Source: an uncultured Ruminococcus sp.
GTDB taxonomy: Bacteria; Bacillota; Clostridia; Oscillospirales; Ruminococcaceae
Assembly: GCA_902780695.1 (NCBI GenBank)
Contig: CACZGM010000008.1
Location: forward strand, 509-64,508
Direction: 5' to 3'
Length of the DNA stretch: 64,000 nucleotides
Positions 17,280-25,213 of this stretch are shown piece by piece. The position numbers were made by a program, and so were the translations under genes. The notes beneath the pieces are model-generated. The model searched no databases. It was not told the DNA's origin and worked only from the letters and a program-made list of their open reading frames with translations. Position 1 is the stretch's first letter, and the number at the start of each line of letters is the position of its first letter.

Positions 17280-18694
17280 AAATAACTCCTTAATATTTTG
17301 TCACATGAAGTTTCGGACATATCTCTTGCTGCAATAAGTTCTTTGCCCATTGATTCGATAACACTCATTGGAGGTATTGGCATTGAATTGACCTCGGTAG
17401 AATTAACCTGCGTCGAACCATTCAGTATTCTGTAATAGCTGTCGTACAATGTTGAATTAAAAATAACATATAAACCATATACCACACATTCCGATAATTC
17501 CTTTAATCCGTCAATAAAGTTTATCTTATTTTGTGTGCTGATAACTTCATAAGATGAGTACTTTCGGGCAAGATAGACACCACATTGCAATCTTCGGTGT
17601 TCTTCTTTTGCTGTAAATCTTTTTACAAACAAATAATTTGTATTCTTTTGTAGTAATCCTGACTGATTTGTAACAATATATTCATTATCTTTTCCTATAG
17701 GGAAAACCACTTTTCCGGATTGTATATGCTGCGAATAAAAAAGCGGTACTGCGTCATCTTCTTCATCATTTCGCAAGGCATCGCGATTCCTGAAATCTAC
17801 AGTTAATCCTGTTTTCATTTTTAATCCTAAGCTTGGAAGTGTGTTTTTCCAGTGGTTCAATTTCTTTATTGTATTGATCTCGTCCTCATTGGTTACAAGA
17901 TAGACATACATATCTTTGCCTGATACAACTACATCATAGGGTGCGGCAAACTGGACAATATCAGAAAAATCACTGTTATCATTTGTTGTGGTAATTACGA
18001 TTTCTTTTGGCTTAGCTGATGTTTTCTTAATTTTTATTATTATCGTTTCCTGCAAAACACTCTCATTATCAAAAACTTTATCGCGGCTTACGAATAGGTG
18101 AATATTCTCAAGCGCACCTTCGTTTAAAAACTTTTGTCTGAAGTGTTTAAAGTAGGCTCCGGATGTCCATGATCTGGGAATGATGTAAACCCCATAGCAT
18201 ATATCCGGCATAGCCAGCGCTTCAGAAGCGTCTTTGGCTATTTTTTTGTATGGGGGATTTCCGATAATCATATCATACTTTTGTGGATTAGGGTTAGCAT
18301 CAAGCATAAGGTTATAATCAGAAGCTTGACTTATAATATAATTATCGTTTTTAATCTGATAACTAAAGTCAATATCAATATGTGATTTAACATAGCTTAA
18401 ATTCTTTTCAAGTAATTCTATAATGTTACTATCATTCTCATAGCAAACTAAAAGGATAGACTTAATATTGTGTTCAATAAGCCGTTCTATAAGGGCAACA
18501 GAAAGAATACCTGAGCCGGTACCCGGATCAAGAATGGAGATTCTTTCTTTATCTGTAGGTATTGAAAACAAGCTTGCCATAAAAACAGCAGTTTCTTTAC
18601 TTGTAAAAAACTGTCCATAGCCTTTTCTTATTGTCTTTGGCATTTTCTCGATATATTCAGCTGTACTATCAATGACTTTTCCAACCAAATCCAT
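17276..18694 (-). CDS. N6-adenine DNA methyltransferase (Eco57I/BsuBI-PstI gamma type)
   Basis: GQFFTSKETA, motif I ILDPGTGSGILS, motif IV GNPPYKKI, IPRSWTSGAYFKHFR. ATGA overlap with the R gene. Confidence 0.8.
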   Translation of the reverse strand: MDLVGKVIDSTAEYIEKMPKTIRKGYGQFFTSKETAVFMASLFSIPTDKERISILDPGTGSGILSVALIERLIEHNIKSILLVCYENDSNIIELLEKNLSYVKSHIDIDFSYQIKNDNYIISQASDYNLMLDANPNPQKYDMIIGNPPYKKIAKDASEALAMPDICYGVYIIPRSWTSGAYFKHFRQKFLNEGALENIHLFVSRDKVFDNESVLQETIIIKIKKTSAKPKEIVITTTNDNSDFSDIVQFAAPYDVVVSGKDMYVYLVTNEDEINTIKKLNHWKNTLPSLGLKMKTGLTVDFRNRDALRNDEEDDAVPLFYSQHIQSGKVVFPIGKDNEYIVTNQSGLLQKNTNYLFVKRFTAKEEHRRLQCGVYLARKYSSYEVISTQNKINFIDGLKELSECVVYGLYVIFNSTLYDSYYRILNGSTQVNSTEVNSMPIPPMSVIESMGKELIAARDMSETSCDKILRSYL

Positions 18695-18746
18695 GTTATC
18701 ACTCCATATACCCTATCTTGTGCTTAACTTAACAAAAACCCACTAT

Positions 18747-18775
18747 ATTTTACCACTTTATTATCCTTTTGTCAA
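18747..18775 (-). promoter_or_regulatory. sigma-A-type promoter for the M-R-Ymh-DUF2806 operon
   Basis: Minus strand reads TTGACA, 17-nt spacer, TAAAAT, about 55 nt upstream of the MTase ATG. Confidence 0.55.
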
Positions 18776-19293
18776 ACGCTCTCTCAAATTTATGCGTTCT
18801 ACAGGTAATTAACAATTACGTTTTGAGTTAAAACAAGTTAATGTTATTTACGGCAATATAAACAAATGCGGTGTATTGAAGCGCCAAGTGATTGTGATTT
18901 ACGACAATTTCCTCTAAAAAATAACCAAAAATCAAAAATGCCGCAAAAAATGCCTTAAAAAAACGCCATTTTTTGTCCCTATATATGAGAGGACTATTTT
19001 TTGAGTTGTAAATATGCACAACGCAAGCGCCGACGTTTTGTACATATTTACGAAGATGATAAAATACATCATTTCGGAAAAAGTTTCTCTCGAAATTAGA
19101 GAAAGTCCGGAAAGGTAATGTACAATTTTGCCAACCGAAGATATGCCAAATCATTTTCTTTTGACGTATTTTTAGAAATTGCCAAAAGGGATCTACAGAA
19201 AACGTTTACAAAACCCCTATATTATTGGAAGGAAAAATAAAAACATTCCTTTCCGGACAAGAAAAACAATGAAATGTCAAGGAGGAGAAACAC

Positions 19294-19584
19294 ATGACAA
19301 GAAGAGAGAAGAATGTGATCATCACAAAGATCAACGAGTGGCTGGAGCGCGAGCTTGTCGCCGAGGACGAGAGCGTAGAGCAGGAAGCACCGACACCAAC
19401 GCAGCCGCCGGAAATGCTCACGCTCAAAGAGTGTGCCGAAACAGTCAAGGGGCTGTCAGAGCACACTGTCCGTCAGCTCGTATTGCAGGGCAAACTGCCG
19501 TACATCAGAACCGGAGCCGGGAAGAACGGCAAGATACTGGTGAACAAGGCAGCACTGCTCAGCTTTGTTGGAGGTGCTGCATAA
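19294..19584 (+). CDS. excisionase/MerR-like helix-turn-helix DNA-binding protein
   Basis: AGGAGGAG RBS. LTLKECAETVKGLSEHTVRQLVLQGKLPYIRTG...ILVNKAALLSFV is an Xis-type HTH. TAATG overlap with the helicase gene. Confidence 0.7.
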   Translation: MTRREKNVIITKINEWLERELVAEDESVEQEAPTPTQPPEMLTLKECAETVKGLSEHTVRQLVLQGKLPYIRTGAGKNGKILVNKAALLSFVGGAA

Positions 19585-20844
19585 TGGATTCAGAAATACC
19601 GATCTGGCTCAACGAGAAAGGTGTCGTCAACGAAGTCGTGTTCTGCAATATGTTCGTAGAGCAAATGCCCTTGAAGTACATCAAGGGCAGGTTCTACGGG
19701 CTTGACGGGCTCATTTCCGACGACATCATCAGTCGTGACATCTGCATCATGCTTACTGAGTATGTCAGCACAAACATCTCACGTAAAGTGAATTCGCTGT
19801 TGGAAGCACTAAAGCTGAAATGCTTAAGTGAACCGCTGGAGCCAAACCCGAACGAGATACACCTGCAAAACGGCTTTATCAACATCGACGGGCAGTTTAC
19901 TCCCGAAAAGCGTTTCTGTATCAGTCGTATGAACGTTACTTATGACCCGCTGACTAATGCGCCGCCGTCCCCTTCACGGTTCATACAATTTCTGAAAGAG
20001 CTGTTATACCCGGAGGATATACCGACATTACAGGAATTTCTCGGCTACTGTCTGATACCGTCCACCAAAGGTCAGGCTATGATGTTCCTTATCGGAAACG
20101 GCGAGGAAGGCAAAAGTCGCATTGGTAAGATCATGAGCGCGATATGGGGCAGCTCAATGCTTGAAGGCAAGTTCCAGCGTATAGAAACCGACAGGTTCTT
20201 CCGGTATAACCTTATGGACAAGCTCGTTATGGTTGATGATGATATGCAGCTGAACGCACTGTCGAGCACAGGGTACATAAAAAGTCTTGCGACTGCCGAG
20301 ATCCCGATAGACATAGAAGCCAAAGGGCGTCAGTCAGAACAGGCGCACGTTTACACAAGGATCCTCGGTTTCGGCAACGGCTCCCCGAAAGCACTCTATG
20401 ACAAGTCAGAGGGATTTGCACGCCGCCTGCTTATCCTCTCTGTGCGTCCCAAGCCGCCGGACAGAGTGAACGACCCTTATCTTGCGGACAAGCTTCTCTG
20501 CGAAAAGAACGAAATTTTCCGCTGGCTTCTCGAAGGGTTACAGCGTTTGGTGATGAACCGGTTTAAGTTTACAGTCTCCGAGCGCACCAAAAAGAATGTG
20601 TCGGACGCAGTGTCGGATAGCTGTAACATCATAGATTTTTTGCAGGACGATCAGATCGGGTTACTGCTTCTGGTGCCGCCGAAACGGAATGACTGAAATG
20701 AAGCGCGATTCTTTTATCGGCTGGCTCAAAAACAATGAAAGCCGTTTCAACATCAAATACGACTTCCACATAACCAATAAAGACGGCGGACGCGTCCGGG
20801 GATTCAAAGGAATAAAAACAAAATATATAGCTTATGTCGAATAA
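19584..20844 (+). pseudogene. D5/P4-family primase-helicase C-terminal domain gene, disrupted near 20650
   Basis: Walker A GNGEEGKS. Aligns to 30370..31680 until IIDFLQDDQI. The homologous tail (SGYCFWCRRNGMTEMKRDSFIGWLKNNESRFNIKY...) continues in the +1 frame to TAA 20842-20844, with ~15 aa missing. Confidence 0.7.
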
Positions 20845-20846
20845 AG

Positions 20847-20962
20847 GCGTGCACGCGTGCAGGCACGACCTATGCACGTCCACAAACAGCATAGTGAAGC
20901 GATTCGCACGCCTGCACGCGAAAACAAAGGCAGCGTGCTTACGGCGTGCTAGGACGTGCAGA
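20847..20962. repeat. GCACG/CGTGC pentamer cluster (iteron-like; candidate ori)
   Basis: At least 9 copies of GCACG or its complement within ~115 nt, immediately after the helicase gene. Confidence 0.45.
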
Positions 20963-21150
20963 TGAACGGAGAGAGTTTTGGATCCATTAAGCATATTTGC
21001 ATAAGCACTTATATTCTCCTGCAAGGGGTCAGGCACTTTTAAAACACAATCTCTGAGATATTCTTCAGGGGATCACGATTTTTTGAAAAAAGGAGCTGAA
21101 CACACTCTCTTCGCAGAGAACTATACCTGCGGGATAGTTGTAACCCACTA

Positions 21151-21174
21151 GGACTATTTGCAAGCAAATAGTCC
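21151..21174. promoter_or_regulatory. perfect inverted repeat, candidate oriT for MobV
   Basis: GGACTATTTGC-AA-GCAAATAGTCC, about 105 nt upstream of the relaxase ATG. Confidence 0.35.
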
Positions 21175-21280
21175 CAGCGGGGCAGCGGTTCCTCTGCACC
21201 CCTCAAAAAAAGCGGCATACGCCGCGAAAAACAAAACGGGCAGAGCCCGAAGAAAAGCAATGAAAGGAGACGAAATAAAC

Positions 21281-22552
21281 ATGAGTTTTGCAATTATCAG
21301 AAATCAAAATCACAAGGTCGGAGCTGTCGGACTTGTCGAACGGCATAACGAACGCCGCAATAAAAATTACAGCAACCCCGACATAAAGCGCGAACATTCG
21401 TGTGAGAATTATCACATCAAGTCCCCGCAGGGCAGTTATTGGGAGACCTTCAACAAAATACGCGACCGTCATCAGCTCAAAGGCAATCTCCGGTTAAAGG
21501 GAGAGAAGCAAAGCACGGTTCTTTGTGAGTTCATTATCACATCGGACAAGTCGTTTTTTGACCGGCTCGGAGCCGAACGGACAAAACGCTTTTTCGAGGA
21601 CGCATACCAGTTTGTTACAGCTAAAGTCGGCGGCGAACAGTTTGTGGTGGCAGCAGTCGTTCACATGGACGAAGCTACCCCGCACATGCACATCACGTTT
21701 ATCCCGACGGTGTTGGGCAAAGACAGAAAAGGTCAGCCGTGCCGCAGGATAAACTGTTCGGAGTTCTGGAAAGGTCGTGACAGCTATGCGCGCTTGCAGG
21801 ACGAGTGGTACGACTGGATCGCGCACACCTGTAATTACGACCTTGAGCGCGGTATCAAAGGCAGCGCCGCCGAGCATTTGTCTGTTGCCGAATATAAACT
21901 CAAAAAGACGCAGGAGCAGTTAGAGCAGACCGAACGTCAGTCGCAGGAGATCGGGAGCATAGAAAGCATTTCTGCCAAAAATCTTCCGCTGAATACAGTC
22001 GCATTGAAGCGTACCGACTACGACAAGCTGAAAGCTTCTGCCGAAGCCTACATCACGACCCGTGATAATGCCGACAAGACCGCAGCAGAAAATGCAGAGC
22101 TGCATAAACAGGTGGACAAGCTGCACGAAGAAAAGGAAGCTCTCCGGCACGAACGTGACGTCCTCACAGATCAGCTTTATAATGTCAATCAGAGCTTTGA
22201 GCGCTTTTATGATGAAGTCGGGGATAATCAGGTCTTGTACGAACGCAACAAACAGCTTACTCGTGAAAACGAAACTATCGGTAATCAGGTACACGAGTTG
22301 ACGGACGAGATAAAGGCTTTAAAAGAGCAATATTCTAAGATGTCCGAGAACAACGAAAATCTTACCAAGACAGTTGAAGAAAAGACTGCCGAGGTCGTCC
22401 GTTTGACGGGTGAGCTGACCGCCCTGCAAAAGATACATAAAGAATTGCAGGATAAGTGGGATAAGGTGATGAAGTTCATACAGGAGCACAGTCTGAAAGA
22501 AAAATGGGATAAGTACATAGCAGAACCAATAAAGAAAGCGCTGTCGTTATAA
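21281..22552 (+). CDS. MobV-family (Mob_Pre) relaxase
   Basis: ATG 21281 after AAAGGAGA. MSFAIIRNQNHK, ERHNERR and VHMDEATPHMHITFIP (HxDE..PHxH). Long C-terminal coiled coil. Confidence 0.85.
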   Translation: MSFAIIRNQNHKVGAVGLVERHNERRNKNYSNPDIKREHSCENYHIKSPQGSYWETFNKIRDRHQLKGNLRLKGEKQSTVLCEFIITSDKSFFDRLGAERTKRFFEDAYQFVTAKVGGEQFVVAAVVHMDEATPHMHITFIPTVLGKDRKGQPCRRINCSEFWKGRDSYARLQDEWYDWIAHTCNYDLERGIKGSAAEHLSVAEYKLKKTQEQLEQTERQSQEIGSIESISAKNLPLNTVALKRTDYDKLKASAEAYITTRDNADKTAAENAELHKQVDKLHEEKEALRHERDVLTDQLYNVNQSFERFYDEVGDNQVLYERNKQLTRENETIGNQVHELTDEIKALKEQYSKMSENNENLTKTVEEKTAEVVRLTGELTALQKIHKELQDKWDKVMKFIQEHSLKEKWDKYIAEPIKKALSL

Positions 22553-22612
22553 ATATAATAGACAGCGCTATATAACAATGAAATGAAAATGGCATATCTT
22601 TAGATAAACCGC

Positions 22613-22641
22613 TTGACTTTAAATCGATAAAGTGGTATAAT
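22613..22641 (+). promoter_or_regulatory. promoter of the island 2 integrase
   Basis: TTGACT, 17-nt spacer, TATAAT. Homologous to the island 3 integrase promoter. Confidence 0.6.
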
Positions 22642-22685
22642 TAAAGCCATAGAGATATGCCATGATGTAGCAGGAGGATACTATT

Positions 22686-23876
22686 ATGGCAACAATTCAG
22701 AAAAGAAGTAACAGCTACTTAATAAGAGTAAGCTGCGGATACGACAGTCACGGTAAGCAGGTCATTCAGTCAATGACATGGAAGCCCGAACCCGATATGA
22801 CACCCAGACAGGTGGAAAAAGAGCTTAACCGTCAGGCGGTCATGTTTGAAGAAAAATGTCTCAAGGGGTATCAAGGCAAGGCTATAAAGTTCGAGGAGTT
22901 TGCAGAGCAGTGGTTCGAAGAATATGCAAAGCCTAACCTGCGTAATACTACATACGAACGTTTGTTACAGCTTCGTGGAAGAGTTTATGCAGCTATCGGT
23001 CACTTACGAATGGATAAGATAACACCCAGACAGATACAGGCGTTTGTTAACACGCTCTCAAAAGACGGTGCGAACGAACGTACAGGTAAGCCGCTTGCGC
23101 CAAAGACTATACGACACAATCTGAGTTTGATCTCTGACGTGTTCACCTATGCAGTCAAGGTCGGTGTTGCACCCGAAAATCCCTGTCCCAAGGTCACACT
23201 TCCCAAGGATAAACCCAAAGAGAAGAAAATCTACACTCGTGAGGAAGTCGAACGCTTTCTCAACCTTCTGAACGAAGAGCCGCTTAAATACAGAGTTTTC
23301 TTTAATCTTTTGATCTACAGCGGTTTTCGCAGAGGTGAGATGCTTGGACTGGAGTGGAAGGATGTCGATTTTGAGAACAGTATCATAAGTGTTAGGCGGA
23401 CATCCAACTATACCGGGAAAAAGGGGATCTATACTGATACGACCAAGACTCGTAAGTCCCAGCGCACCTTGAAGTTTCCGAAAGAGATAATGGATATGCT
23501 CAGGGACTTCAAAGAAGAGCAGGATGCCGAGGCGTTACGTCTGGGTGATAAGTGGCACGAAACTGACAGGCTCTTTGTGAAGTGGGACGGTCGACCCATG
23601 CACAACAATACACCATATTTCTGGCTCGGGGAATTCTGTGAAAAACACGATCTTCCGTTTTATGGATTACATTCATATCGTCATTTGTTCGCATCGCTTC
23701 TTGTCAATCAGGGTGTAGATATCGTGACGGTGTCGGGAGCATTAGGACACTCTAATGTTTCAACAACGAGCAATGTGTATTGCCATATGCTTCAGGAAGC
23801 GCGCGCAAAGGTCTCTGAAGCTGTATCGAACGCACTGGATTTCAACAGAAATAAAGATACGAAAAACAGTGCTTGA
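22686..23876 (+). CDS. tyrosine site-specific integrase
   Basis: 396 aa. SGFRRGEMLGLEWKD, HSYRHLFASLL, GHSNVSTTSNVYCH (R..HxxR..Y). Adjacent to att copy 2. Confidence 0.9.
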   Translation: MATIQKRSNSYLIRVSCGYDSHGKQVIQSMTWKPEPDMTPRQVEKELNRQAVMFEEKCLKGYQGKAIKFEEFAEQWFEEYAKPNLRNTTYERLLQLRGRVYAAIGHLRMDKITPRQIQAFVNTLSKDGANERTGKPLAPKTIRHNLSLISDVFTYAVKVGVAPENPCPKVTLPKDKPKEKKIYTREEVERFLNLLNEEPLKYRVFFNLLIYSGFRRGEMLGLEWKDVDFENSIISVRRTSNYTGKKGIYTDTTKTRKSQRTLKFPKEIMDMLRDFKEEQDAEALRLGDKWHETDRLFVKWDGRPMHNNTPYFWLGEFCEKHDLPFYGLHSYRHLFASLLVNQGVDIVTVSGALGHSNVSTTSNVYCHMLQEARAKVSEAVSNALDFNRNKDTKNSA

Positions 23877-23938
23877 CAGGCTTTCCCGAAAATAAAGAAC
23901 AGACAAAGAACAAAACGGCTTTAGGCGAAAAATAAAAA

Positions 23939-23972
23939 GCTCACAAATGGCTTCATTAAGCCATTTGTGAGC
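23939..23972 (-). terminator. 15-bp-stem terminator oriented with tRNA transcription
   Basis: GCTCACAAATGGCTT-CATT-AAGCCATTTGTGAGC. On the minus strand it is followed by TTTTTATTTTT. Confidence 0.65.
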
Positions 23973-23980
23973 ACCTCGAT

Positions 23981-24003
23981 TGGTGACCCGTACGGGAATT
24001 GAA
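23981..24003. repeat. att-type direct repeat copy 2
   Basis: Identical 23-mer TGGTGACCCGTACGGGAATTGAA. Confidence 0.9.
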
Positions 24004-24209
24004 GTAAGGCACAGTTGTTTTGCAAAATTTTGTAAAGTCTCGCAAACCGCGGTATAAAGCCAACTAACGGCTATCGGCTTTAAATCTTTTGGAGCAAAAT
24101 ATAGCCTTTTTTAGTAAAAATAATGACCATTTAATGACCAAGAATAAGGCATTTCCTGTTGAGCGACAAACTAATCAAAATCTACTGAATAATACAGGAG
24201 AATACCACA

Positions 24210-24476
24210 ATGACTAACATAATCCAAAAGCTCTACTACGGAGAGATCATTCCGTGCGAGAAACCGGCACCGAACACAGAAAAGTATATAAAGACCAGAG
24301 AGACTATTTGTTCCACCGAGAATAAGCTGCTTGAACAGTTTCCGACTTGTAAGGAACTGCTCGACATCTACACAGACGCTCTCCACATTGAGTCCCAGCT
24401 TGAATGCGAAGCGGACTTCGAGCGGGGGTTCCGGCTCGGGGCAGCAATAATGCTTGCCATAACCGAAACCGAATAA
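24210..24476 (+). CDS. small conserved mobile-element protein (paralog of 14283..14546)
   Basis: KLYYGEIIPC...FERGFRLGAAIML. AGGAG RBS. Confidence 0.65.
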   Translation: MTNIIQKLYYGEIIPCEKPAPNTEKYIKTRETICSTENKLLEQFPTCKELLDIYTDALHIESQLECEADFERGFRLGAAIMLAITETE

Positions 24477-24523
24477 ACACTATCCGCTGTCCGCCGGGGC
24501 AGCGGATTTTCTGTCGAACCCCC

Positions 24524-24552
24524 TTGCAATCTAAGCCCGAATATGCTATAAT
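24524..24552 (+). promoter_or_regulatory. promoter upstream of the small hydrophobic-peptide ORF
   Basis: TTGCAA, 17-nt spacer, TATAAT. Leaves a ~110-nt leader before ATG 24670. Confidence 0.55.
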
Positions 24553-24669
24553 ACCATTGAAGCCGTGGCGCTGTGGCGCAGGTAAAGCAAGGTGTATATC
24601 GCTCTCGGAGCAGCATACAGAACTCGCAAAGAAATTGCGGGCGAGGAGCTGTGAAAGGGGGCGATCAAG

Positions 24670-24804
24670 ATGGGATTTCTTAATGTATTGTCCGAGCTTC
24701 TTGGCGAGGCGATACATATGGTGCTCATCAATGCTTCGTTTATCGGAGCTTACGTGAGTTTCTTTTGTGAGTGGGTCAGAACCCGCCGCAATAAAAAGAA
24801 ATAA
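24670..24804 (+). CDS. 44-aa hydrophobic peptide with basic tail (type I toxin candidate)
   Basis: AAAGGGGG RBS. MGFLNVLSELLGEAIHMVLINASFIGAYVSFFCEWVRTRRNKKK. Not in the ORF track because it is shorter than 60 aa. Confidence 0.45.
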   Translation: MGFLNVLSELLGEAIHMVLINASFIGAYVSFFCEWVRTRRNKKK

Positions 24805-24884
24805 CCACCGTGCTTTCGACCCAGCGGTGGTTATTCTTAACAAATAATCTACTGCTCCGAGAGCAAACGTCTTGCTCTGTTGCT
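24790..24884 (-). ncRNA. candidate antisense sRNA convergent on the peptide ORF
   Basis: Consensus minus-strand promoter at 24891-24919. Hairpin AGAGCAA/TTGCTCT, then a 10-bp terminator stem (24801-24834) followed by TTTCTTTTTATT on the minus strand. Overlaps the ORF 3' end. Confidence 0.4.
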
Positions 24885-24890
24885 AAAGCT

Positions 24891-24919
24891 ATTATACCAC
24901 AGTTTCCCGCCGTTGTCAA
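24891..24919 (-). promoter_or_regulatory. consensus sigma-A promoter (minus strand)
   Basis: Minus strand reads TTGACA, 17-nt spacer, TATAAT exactly. Confidence 0.6.
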
Positions 24920-25213
24920 GCGTTTTGTCTGACAGCGGCGCTTATTTTTTGCAAAGTACTTTACAACCGCACCCAAATGTGCTATAATATAGAAGATAAA
25001 GCACAATATATGTGAAAATTGTGTGAAATTTTACGGAGAGGGCTTGACAAAGATGTTCGTTCGTGATATGCTCGCAACGCAACGGCTGATTGCGTCCTTT
25101 GGTCATACCCGAAATTCAATACAGGATATAACGTTCGTGACCATGGTATAACTATGGTTACGGGCGTTTTTGCGTTATAAACTATCCCGCACCCACGGGA
25201 AATAATGAAATGA

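Larger units (their letters stand above)
14083..23980. mobile_element. integrative mobilizable element, island 2 (~9.9 kb)
   Basis: Bounded by 23-bp repeat copies 1 and 2. Carries a tyrosine integrase, MobV relaxase, Xis-like HTH, D5-type helicase remnant and RM/Abi-like cargo. Confidence 0.8.

Noticed and set aside
18828-19154. 108-aa minus-strand ORF in the AT-rich gap between the MTase promoter and the Xis-like gene.
   Set aside because: It has no RBS and a Phe/Asn/Ile-biased composition typical of AT-rich non-coding DNA. The region more plausibly holds divergent promoters.
19179-19583. N-terminal 135 aa of track ORF 19179..20696 (Arg/Gly/Ala-rich).
   Set aside because: It has no RBS. 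The Xis-like gene 19294..19584, in another frame, has a strong RBS and an HTH motif. The helicase homology starts at ATG 19584.
20629-21036. 135-aa minus-strand ORF across the GCACG repeat cluster.
   Set aside because: It overlaps the helicase remnant and the repeat cluster, and has no RBS.
24404-24757. 117-aa plus-strand ORF and several minus-strand ORFs (24304..24843, 24368..24616) in the island 3 left region.
   Set aside because: They have Arg/Cys/Pro-rich composition and no RBS. The promoter, leader and small-peptide ORF reading explains the region better.
25053-25151. 32-aa ORF (MFVRDMLATQRL...) as a possible missing signal peptide or leader peptide of the surface protein.
   Set aside because: It is not hydrophobic, is in a different frame, ends with TAA inside the hairpin, and its ATG lies inside the P2 promoter spacer. 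No support as a secretion leader.
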